From an archaeon (GTDB lineage: Archaea > Iainarchaeota > Iainarchaeia > Iainarchaeales > CSSED10-239), in assembly GCA_035390665.1 (NCBI GenBank), contig DAOOUC010000003.1:1-32000 (forward strand): a stretch of 32,000 bases of DNA, written 5' to 3'. The notes below the pieces were generated by a model. It made no database searches. It worked only from the letters and a program-made list of their open reading frames with translations, and was not told the origin of the DNA. Of the stretch, positions 25,416-32,000 are shown in pieces. A program made the position numbers and the translations under genes. Position 1 is the first letter of the stretch, and the number at the start of each line of letters is the position of its first letter.

Positions 25416-25643
25416 TAGAGCTGACGGGATTCGAACCCGCAAAACAAGAAATAAATTAACCATGATAACGCACCCTTTCGGAATGCACGACCAACATAAG
25501 TTAGGATCACTACCTACTCCCTACAATTACTTGCAAAGAGAACACCCAAAGGGCTTATACTCCTTCGTTTTTTACATCATCTTCAATTTATTTCCATAAA
25601 CTGGCTTCGGAGACCAGTGTTTCTTCCAACGAAACTTCAGCTC
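25416..25643 (-). ncRNA. tRNA-like RNA gene (apparent tRNA-Arg, anticodon CCG) with ~165-nt structured insertion in the variable region
   Basis: Acceptor GGAGCTG / CAGCTCT (G1-U72 wobble); D arm GTTT-CGTTGGAA-GAAC; anticodon arm CTGGT-CTCCGAA-GCCAG; T arm GCGGG-TTCGAAT-CCCGT. The insertion is closed by GAAATAAATT (25585-25594) / AATTTATTTC (25448-25457). A T-rich tract follows the 3' end. Confidence 0.65.
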
Positions 25644-25673
25644 CTATATAAAATGTAATTAATTATCTAAAGC

Positions 25674-26006
25674 TCACCGGGGACTAATTTCTTCTATTTC
25701 ATCTTCTAAAATATTTAATGATTCAAAAATATAATTGTCTTCTGTTATTTCATCAAAATAAATTGTATCATCAATTTGTAATTCATTTATTGTAATGCTA
25801 TCATTTACTATTTTTGCTTTTTCAAACCTATCTGAAGAATTGTTTACAGAATTATCTGTTTTTTGATTATTTAAAACAATAGTTCTGAAATCAATATTTT
25901 TGGATAAAAATAAAAGCATAACGAGAAATAAAAAAATCACAGCAGTAATTTGCTCTTTTTTATTCTGATATTTTCTATATCTTTGTCTATTTATTTTTAT
26001 ATTCAT
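25674..26006 (-). CDS. Hypothetical single-TM protein
   Basis: Intact 110-codon ORF, basic N-terminus then ITAVIFLFLVMLLFLS hydrophobic helix. Confidence 0.5.
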   Translation of the reverse strand: MNIKINRQRYRKYQNKKEQITAVIFLFLVMLLFLSKNIDFRTIVLNNQKTDNSVNNSSDRFEKAKIVNDSITINELQIDDTIYFDEITEDNYIFESLNILEDEIEEISPR

Positions 26007-26117
26007 ATTCTGTCTTATTTCTCTAATTATCTAAATTAATAAGTTCAAAAGGTTTAAATATATATGTTAAAGATATATAAAAATTAATAAAAAAATAGAA
26101 AAGAATTATTCTTCGAT

Positions 26118-28316
26118 TTAATCGAAGAAGAATTCTGCTGGCTTTGGTTCTGGTTCTAATCCTTTTCTTGTTCTTATCTCTGTTATGGTTGGCATTAATA
26201 AGGATTTTGGAAGTTTTTCATAACCTGCATATTCTGCTGTCCAGATTGCTCTTCCTTGTGTTTCTCCTCTCATTTCTTGGCTTAAACCAATTAAGGATTT
26301 AACAGGAATATTTCCTACAATAATACAAGAGTCTCCTTCCATATCTATTCTTTCAATCTGCGCTCTTCTACTTGCAAGAACTCTATTAACTGAACCCATA
26401 AAGTCTTGTGGTACTGAAACAGATAATTTCTGTTTTGGTTCAAATAAAGTATAGTCTGATAAAAGAATACATGCCCAAATTGCTCTTGTTATTGCTGGAA
26501 GTACTTGTGCTGGTCCTCTATGGATTGCATCTTCGTGAAGTGTTGCATCTTCAAGATTAACAAGAATTCCAGAAACCTTTTCTTTAGCAACAGGTCCTTC
26601 TTTTGTTGCATCATTGAATGCATCAATTACAAGTTCTCTTGTTTCGAAAAGATTTTGTATTCCTTTAGTTCTATTAATTAAAATAGAATTATTATGGACT
26701 GCCCAAATATTTTTAGACTCATCTTTTGTAAATCCTGCTTCTTCAAATTTCTTTTGAATATCTACATCTTTGTTTAATCTTATTCTTCCATCAAACTTCA
26801 TTGCTTTAATTTTTGCAAGCATTTCTGGTTCGATTGGCTCAATCGATATCTTAAATTTGTTGTGTTTGTTTGGAGATTTTCCTTCAATTGTTGGTGATGC
26901 CTTTTGTATTGTTTCGTAGTATAATACAATTGGTGGACTTACTGTGATTGGGATATTATTATCTTTTTCAATCTTATATTGTGTAATTTCTAAGTGTAGT
27001 TCTCCCATACCTGAAATTAAGTGTTCTCCTGTTTCTTGATTTAATTCAGCTCTAACGTTTGGATCTTCTTTTGTGATGTTGTGAACAACTTCAATTAATT
27101 TTGGAAGATCTTTACTGTTCTTTGCTTCAATAGAAACGGTCATAACTGGTTCAACATCTGACATAAAGCTTTCAAATGGTTTAATGTCTTTATTTGATAA
27201 TGTTTGACCAGCATAAACTTCTTTCATTCCGATAACACAAGCAATATTACCTGCAATAACTTCATCTAAGATAACTCTTTCAGGACCTAAATAAATTCCA
27301 ACTTGTTGAACTTTTGCAGTTTTATCTGCACCAAGAACTTTTAAGTCCATTCCTTTCTTTATACTTCCTGCATAAACTCTTCCAGATGCAATATCTCCTG
27401 CATGTTTATCTAAAACAATATCTGTAACCATCATTGCAATGTTTTCTTCTGAGTGATTACATTCTGTCATTGCTTTTCCTTCTTCTGTTTCTAAATCTCC
27501 ACCCCAAATTATTGGAATTCTATATTTTTGTGATTGCATTGGATTTGGAAGATGTTGTGAAACCATTTCTAAGAATACTTCACTTACTGGTATTTTTTGT
27601 GCTAATTCTTTTTGTTTTTCATTCTTACAATAATCTACAATATCACTAAACTTTATATTATATTTAGTCATTGCTGGAACTGATAATGCCCAATTGTGAA
27701 AACCAGAACCGAAACATACAGAACCATCTTTAATATTTACTTGCCAATCTTTTGCAAATTCTTCTGGTGCATTCTTTGCAATTAAGTTATTAATATCCAT
27801 TACAACTTTTACAAATCTTTTTTGCATATCTTCTGGTGCAACATTCATTTCTGTAATTAATCTATCAACTTTATTAATGAATAATACAGGCTTTACTCTT
27901 TCTTTTAATGCTTGTCTTAGAACTGTTTCTGTCTGAGGCATAACTCCTTCAACAGCATCAACAACTAAAACAGCACCATCAACTGCTCTCATAGCTCTGA
28001 TAACATCTCCACCAAAGTCAACGTGTCCTGGTGTATCAATAATATTAACTAAGTATTTCTCTCCATTGATTTCACAAGGAACAGAAACATTTGAAGCATT
28101 GATTGTAATTCCTCTTTCTTGTTCTAAGATATAAGAATCCATGAATACTTGTTGTCCTGCAAGTTCTTTAGAAATAAGTCCTGCTGTAGCAACTAAGTTA
28201 TCTGTTAATGTTGATTTTCCGTGATCAATGTGAGCAATAATTGCAATATTTCTAATATTTTTAGTATTAGCCATTAATTTTTGTGCAAGTTCTGCAACTA
28301 ATTCTTTTCGTCCCAT
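26118..28316 (-). CDS. fusA: Translation elongation factor 2 (aEF-2)
   Basis: AHIDHGKSTLTDNLV, DTPGHVDFGGDV, FINKVDR, and C-terminal LHEDAIHRGPAQVLPAI containing the diphthamide-site His. Confidence 0.98.
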   Translation of the reverse strand: MGRKELVAELAQKLMANTKNIRNIAIIAHIDHGKSTLTDNLVATAGLISKELAGQQVFMDSYILEQERGITINASNVSVPCEINGEKYLVNIIDTPGHVDFGGDVIRAMRAVDGAVLVVDAVEGVMPQTETVLRQALKERVKPVLFINKVDRLITEMNVAPEDMQKRFVKVVMDINNLIAKNAPEEFAKDWQVNIKDGSVCFGSGFHNWALSVPAMTKYNIKFSDIVDYCKNEKQKELAQKIPVSEVFLEMVSQHLPNPMQSQKYRIPIIWGGDLETEEGKAMTECNHSEENIAMMVTDIVLDKHAGDIASGRVYAGSIKKGMDLKVLGADKTAKVQQVGIYLGPERVILDEVIAGNIACVIGMKEVYAGQTLSNKDIKPFESFMSDVEPVMTVSIEAKNSKDLPKLIEVVHNITKEDPNVRAELNQETGEHLISGMGELHLEITQYKIEKDNNIPITVSPPIVLYYETIQKASPTIEGKSPNKHNKFKISIEPIEPEMLAKIKAMKFDGRIRLNKDVDIQKKFEEAGFTKDESKNIWAVHNNSILINRTKGIQNLFETRELVIDAFNDATKEGPVAKEKVSGILVNLEDATLHEDAIHRGPAQVLPAITRAIWACILLSDYTLFEPKQKLSVSVPQDFMGSVNRVLASRRAQIERIDMEGDSCIIVGNIPVKSLIGLSQEMRGETQGRAIWTAEYAGYEKLPKSLLMPTITEIRTRKGLEPEPKPAEFFFD

Positions 28317-28406
28317 AATTTCTCCATTTTATTTTTATGTAAATATATATAATTGATAAATATTCTTTTTTGAAAAAAGAAAAAATAAAAAAGGTTCTTT
28401 TTTGAT

Positions 28407-29006
28407 TTATCTTGAACCTTGTGCAATTCTTTCGATTTCGTCTTTTCTTTTTACTGAAAAGCTTTTTTGGTCGTTCTTTGATGCATCAATTATTTCTTCT
28501 GCTAAAGCAATGTGTGTTTCTTTCTTACTTTTGTAAGTATTCTTGAAACAAGCAAGAGCAATATTTTTTAATGCCTCATCAAGTCTTTTGATTGGTGCAA
28601 GATCAACAGATTGTGTGTAAGTAATACTTCCTTTCTGTAATTTAGTAATATCTTCTCTTGGTGCTGAATATTCAACAGCTGTAACTAAGACTTGTACTGG
28701 ATTTTCTTTTGTTGTTTTGTGTATATAATCAAATGCATCTTCAACAGTTTTAATCATTTGCTCTTTCTTTCCACAACCCATTCTGTGTCTTACAAATTTA
28801 CCTGAAAGTTTCTTCTTTCCTTGTCCAGATCTCATCATCTTATTTACTAATCTTTCAACCAGATTAATTTTTGTTTTTCTAGATGGTTCTTTATTTGTTG
28901 CACCAAAGGTGTGTGGAATTACTTTTTCTTCTAAGTTCATGTACTTGTAAAGTCCTTGATCCTTAAAGTTTATTCCTTTTGTTTCCCATTTATCAAATAA
29001 TTTCAT
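28407..29006 (-). CDS. rps7: 30S ribosomal protein S7
   Basis: NKMMRSGQGKKKLSGKFVRHRMG...VLVTAVEYSAPREDITKLQKGSITYTQSVDLAPIKRLDEALKNIA...EIIDASKND...ERIAQGSR. Confidence 0.96.
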   Translation of the reverse strand: MKLFDKWETKGINFKDQGLYKYMNLEEKVIPHTFGATNKEPSRKTKINLVERLVNKMMRSGQGKKKLSGKFVRHRMGCGKKEQMIKTVEDAFDYIHKTTKENPVQVLVTAVEYSAPREDITKLQKGSITYTQSVDLAPIKRLDEALKNIALACFKNTYKSKKETHIALAEEIIDASKNDQKSFSVKRKDEIERIAQGSR

Positions 29007-29016
29007 ATTTTAACAC

Positions 29017-29442
29017 CTATCTCTTAGATTTTTCCTTCTTTCCTTTTCTTAGCATTTCAAGTGATTGTCCATTTACTTTAATGACTTTATATCTCACACC
29101 CCAAAGATCACCGATTGGACCGCCTTTTCTTCCACCGATACCTTCAACAGTAACTTGATCGTGTGCATCAATAAACTTGATTGCTTTATCTTTTGGAGCA
29201 AATGCTGTAAGTTCTTTTCCATTCTTAATTAATTGAACTCTTACACATTTTCTAATACCTGAGTTTGGCTGTCTTGCAGTAATTCCTTTTTTATCAAGAA
29301 CGATTCCTCTTGCTTGAGGTGCTCCTTTCATAAGTCCTGCTTTTTTATCAACCTTTAATTTTCTTTTTGTTCTTGGATCTTTTTTAGTCCATTTCTTTCT
29401 TTCTTTAATTAATTTTCTTGCTGAAAATTCTCCATTTGCCAT
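29017..29442 (-). CDS. rps12: 30S ribosomal protein S12 (uS12)
   Basis: [56 protein letters not shown]...[23 protein letters not shown]. Confidence 0.97.
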   Translation of the reverse strand: MANGEFSARKLIKERKKWTKKDPRTKRKLKVDKKAGLMKGAPQARGIVLDKKGITARQPNSGIRKCVRVQLIKNGKELTAFAPKDKAIKFIDAHDQVTVEGIGGRKGGPIGDLWGVRYKVIKVNGQSLEMLRKGKKEKSKR

Positions 29443-29457
29443 TATTTTTCACCTTAA

Positions 29458-30018
29458 TTATTTTTTCTTGATTTTAATTATGTCTTTAAACATCTTGTCT
29501 TCCATTATTGGAACTTCTTCTTTTTCTTCGTCTTTTTCCTTAGCTTCTTTTGGTTTTCTTGAAGTTCTTTTCTTTGTGTTTAATTCATCTTCAGAATAAT
29601 CAGCATCGGATTCAGCCTTTTTCTTCTCTCTTGTTTTCTTTGCTTCTTTTTTCTCTTCTTTCTTTGCTTTCTTTGCTGTTACTTTTACGCTTTCTTTTTT
29701 ATCTGAATCTTTTTCTTCAATTACTTCAAAGATTGATGATTTTCCTTCATTTAGAATTGTTATAATTGATATACCAAATGGTTTTCCACATACAGAACCA
29801 AGTTCTATACTCCCTTCTGGATATTCAATTACTTTTATTCCTAATAATTTTGCATAATAGAAAAAAAGATCCTTATCTTGTGAATCAATTGTTGAACTAA
29901 CAATTATTAATTTTGGTTCACCAACTAAACATTCTTTTTTTGCTTGATTTGCACCGTAAATTATTTTACCTGTATCTATTGTATTTCTTAATTCTTGATT
30001 GAATTTTGTCCAATTCAT
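29458..30018 (-). CDS. L7Ae/L30e-family ribosomal protein with long charged C-terminal extension
   Basis: ELRNTIDTGKIIYGANQAKKECLVGEPKLIIVSSTID...YYAKLLGIKVIEYPEGSIELGSVCGKPFGISIITILNEGKSSI; then ~80 residues of Lys/Glu-rich tail. Position next to rpoA2 fits rpl30e. Confidence 0.85.
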   Translation of the reverse strand: MNWTKFNQELRNTIDTGKIIYGANQAKKECLVGEPKLIIVSSTIDSQDKDLFFYYAKLLGIKVIEYPEGSIELGSVCGKPFGISIITILNEGKSSIFEVIEEKDSDKKESVKVTAKKAKKEEKKEAKKTREKKKAESDADYSEDELNTKKRTSRKPKEAKEKDEEKEEVPIMEDKMFKDIIKIKKK

Positions 30019-30118
30019 ATGATATCCCTTTTTTTAATTTTTTTTTGTTGTCTTGCACATTTTATAGTTTTATAAACTTAAATATAATATTTAGGTTACA
30101 AAAACATTATAAATTAAA

Positions 30119-31339
30119 TTATTTATCAGATTTTAATTTTTCTTGCTGTTCTTTAGCTTTTATCATCTTTTGTAGCCCTTTAGCATCAAGAGTTAATCTG
30201 ACTTTTCCTGTTCCTGCTGAAATTGGCTGTCCAACAATTATGTTTTCTGTAATTCCAACAAGGCCTTCAACTTCTCCATTAAATGCTGCATTGATTATAT
30301 GTTTTACTGTTTCTTCAAATGAAGCTCTAGCAAATGGACTTTTCTTTTTACCTGTAATTCCAGTTCTTACAACTCCTTGTATTATTCCTGAAGAAGTCAT
30401 CATGTCTGCTAAGATATACAAGTGTCTTGTATTAATTGCAATACCGTTAGTATCAAATGTAAACTTTAATTCTTTAACAATTGCATCTCTTGCGGCTTCA
30501 ACACCAAATGCCTTATATATTTCAAAAATATCATTTGTTATTGTTCTGTAAGTATCAACACCTTCTACTTTTAGAACTTCTTTTAAGTTTGATCCTTTTG
30601 TTTGAATCATTTTTTCTCCGTTCTTTTCTATAACAACGGCTTTTTCAATTCCTTTAACTCCATATAATTGAATTTTATTCCATTTTAATATTGCTTTTCT
30701 AATATCATAAAGTGGAGTTTTATTTCCAAAATGTAAATTTATTTGTTGCTTATTGTTTGTAAATCTTTTAGAATCATATACTGTTGTTTTGGCTTTAGCT
30801 TTTGATTTTGTGTCTTCTTTTTTATCATTATCAATTTTTTCATAAATTGATTCCATTACTTCTTCTTGATCTAAACCATAAATACTTGCTTTTTCTGAAT
30901 CAAATTTAAATGAAACTACTCTTTCGGTGTAATTTTCAATAAAAGTCCCTACATCTCCAATCTTAACATCGACTAAATTTTTACAAAAATTATCAACATC
31001 TTTGTCTTTTTTTATAATTTCTCTATTAAGATAAATCTTCATGGATGGATATCTTGCTTGTGAACGAGCATCAACAATTTCAATAACTCTTTGTATTCCT
31101 TGACCAACAGAAACTTCCAAAGAACCAGCATAGTGCTTTGTTCTAAGAGTTAACTGTGTTCCTGGTTCTCCTATTGATTGAGCTGCAATTAAACCAACTG
31201 CATCTCCAGGAACAACTAGGCCATCATTATACTTTTTTGTAACAATATCTAGAAGTTTCTTTTTCTTTTCAGTGCTTAATTTTTTTATACTTGCGTATTT
31301 TTCTATTTTTTCTACAATTGAAATTGGTAATGACTTCAT
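30119..31339 (-). CDS. rpoA2: DNA-directed RNA polymerase subunit A''
   Basis: [106 protein letters not shown]. Confidence 0.97.
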   Translation of the reverse strand: MKSLPISIVEKIEKYASIKKLSTEKKKKLLDIVTKKYNDGLVVPGDAVGLIAAQSIGEPGTQLTLRTKHYAGSLEVSVGQGIQRVIEIVDARSQARYPSMKIYLNREIIKKDKDVDNFCKNLVDVKIGDVGTFIENYTERVVSFKFDSEKASIYGLDQEEVMESIYEKIDNDKKEDTKSKAKAKTTVYDSKRFTNNKQQINLHFGNKTPLYDIRKAILKWNKIQLYGVKGIEKAVVIEKNGEKMIQTKGSNLKEVLKVEGVDTYRTITNDIFEIYKAFGVEAARDAIVKELKFTFDTNGIAINTRHLYILADMMTSSGIIQGVVRTGITGKKKSPFARASFEETVKHIINAAFNGEVEGLVGITENIIVGQPISAGTGKVRLTLDAKGLQKMIKAKEQQEKLKSDK

Positions 31340-31383
31340 TATATCACGTTTTTTTAAATTTCATTAAATTTTTTTAAATCTTT

Positions 31384-31412
31384 GCGCGCGAGCCCGAGCG
31401 AAACCGGCTCTA
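31384..31412 (-). repeat. GC-rich element TAGAGCCGGTTTCGCTCGGGCTCGCGCGC, related to the 11411-11484 repeats
   Basis: Read on the minus strand it starts with the rpoA1 TAG stop and shares TAGAGCCGGTT...GCTCGCGC with the corA 3' element. Confidence 0.7.
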
Positions 31413-32000
31413 CTCGTTGAAGAAATTTATGTTCTTTCCAAGATATGATTTATCTGGGGAAAGTCCATCTTCTCCATACATGAACTGAATTACTTGTCCA
31501 TCAGCTGTTGTTACTTTTAGTTCATCATTGACTACAAGGTCTTTTAAAGCATTTGATAATCTTCTATAAAGATAACCAGATACTTTTGTAGCAACACCTG
31601 TATCGATTTCACCTTGTCTACCACCCATACAGTGACAGAAATATTCTCTTGGATTCATTCCATCAAAGAAATTACTTTGTACAAATCCATAATCCATCAT
31701 TTGATTTGTTCCTTTAGGACTTAAACTTAATAATCTATCAGAAAATCCAGCTTTTGGTCTTCCTGTTCTAACAGTAACTTGTCCCCAAAGTCCAAGCATA
31801 TTAGAAACATTTAGAACTCTTCCACGAGAACCACCAACACTAGCAAGTAGTATAGAATTATTATTTGTTTTCTTGGTTTCAGAAAATAATTCATCTACTT
31901 TTATTTCTAAAATCTTATCTGTAATCTTGTCTTTCATTTCTGCAGAGATTTTTAAAAGCTCATTTTCAAATGTTTCTTCAAGATTCTTTCCTGGAGTTAA
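31410..32000 (-). CDS. rpoA1: DNA-directed RNA polymerase subunit A' (C-terminal portion, continues past window edge)
   Basis: The frame is open beyond the listed Met to base 32000 (LTPGKNLEETFENELLKISAEMKDK...). FFDGMNPREYFCHCMGGRQGEIDTGVATKVSGYLYRRLSNALKDL...FMYGEDGLSPDKS is an RNAP A' signature. Confidence 0.95.
   Translation of the reverse strand, partial: LTPGKNLEETFENELLKISAEMKDKITDKILEIKVDELFSETKKTNNNSILLASVGGSRGRVLNVSNMLGLWGQVTVRTGRPKAGFSDRLLSLSPKGTNQMMDYGFVQSNFFDGMNPREYFCHCMGGRQGEIDTGVATKVSGYLYRRLSNALKDLVVNDELKVTTADGQVIQFMYGEDGLSPDKSYLGKNINFFNE

Noticed and set aside
25448-25594. Group I intron in a tRNA
   Set aside because: The insert is too short and I could not find the conserved P7/G-binding core sequences. 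Its position in the variable region is also atypical. A covariance-model search would be decisive.
25416-25643. Archaeal tmRNA interpretation of the tRNA-ended RNA
   Set aside because: It has recognisable D and anticodon arms, and acceptor position 3:70 is A-U rather than the alanine-specific G-U. The short frame EDDVKNEGV* inside the insert has no supporting tag-like C-terminus.
27434-27649. Plus-strand ORF 27434-27649
   Set aside because: Antisense to the EF-2 gene; no domain signal.
29550-30551. Plus-strand ORFs 29550-29765 and 30006-30551
   Set aside because: Antisense to the L30e tail and rpoA2. The 181-aa length of the second reflects low stop density opposite a conserved gene, not coding evidence.
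1-32000. CRISPR arrays, toxin-antitoxin pairs, restriction systems or mobile-element genes
   Set aside because: No regularly spaced direct-repeat array, transposase, integrase, nuclease or Cas motif was seen. The nucleotidyltransferase at 16022-16498 lacks an obvious antitoxin partner.

Overview
This is an AT-rich archaeal chromosome window. The gene complement suggests a small-genome DPANN-type lineage (Woesearchaeota/Pacearchaeota-like), but that placement is inference. Supportable content: an edge-truncated cation:proton antiporter divergent from a DisA_N-type (diadenylate cyclase) protein; a ~50-copy decapeptide-repeat protein; Sua5/TsaC; GlmS; a large secreted protein with a glucosaminidase-like C-terminus; CorA; a SAM methyltransferase; an asparagine-synthase-like + Dph6-like double PP-loop fusion; a Zn-dependent phospholipase C-like protein; a dTMP/folate-cycle gene run (kinase-dCMP deaminase fusion, DHFR, ThyA, SHMT, Tmk-like); an archaeal D-aminoacyl-tRNA deacylase; a divergent DXR-like protein; a pilin-like protein with an FGE/SUMF1-like C-terminus; and an EF-2/S7/S12/L30e/RpoA''/RpoA' block. 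The strongest unexplained signals are: (1) a ~228-nt structured RNA locus at 25416-25643 (minus), whose ends fold as a tRNA (apparent anticodon CCG) but whose variable region holds a ~165-nt structured insertion closed by a perfect 10-bp helix; (2) the decapeptide-repeat protein; (3) GC-rich repeats that begin exactly at TAG stop codons; (4) a DXR-like protein and a Tmk-like protein that have lost catalytic motifs; (5) a 14-codon Lys/Ala micro-ORF behind a strong purine-rich ribosome-binding site. No CRISPR array, transposase, integrase or recognisable defence system was found.
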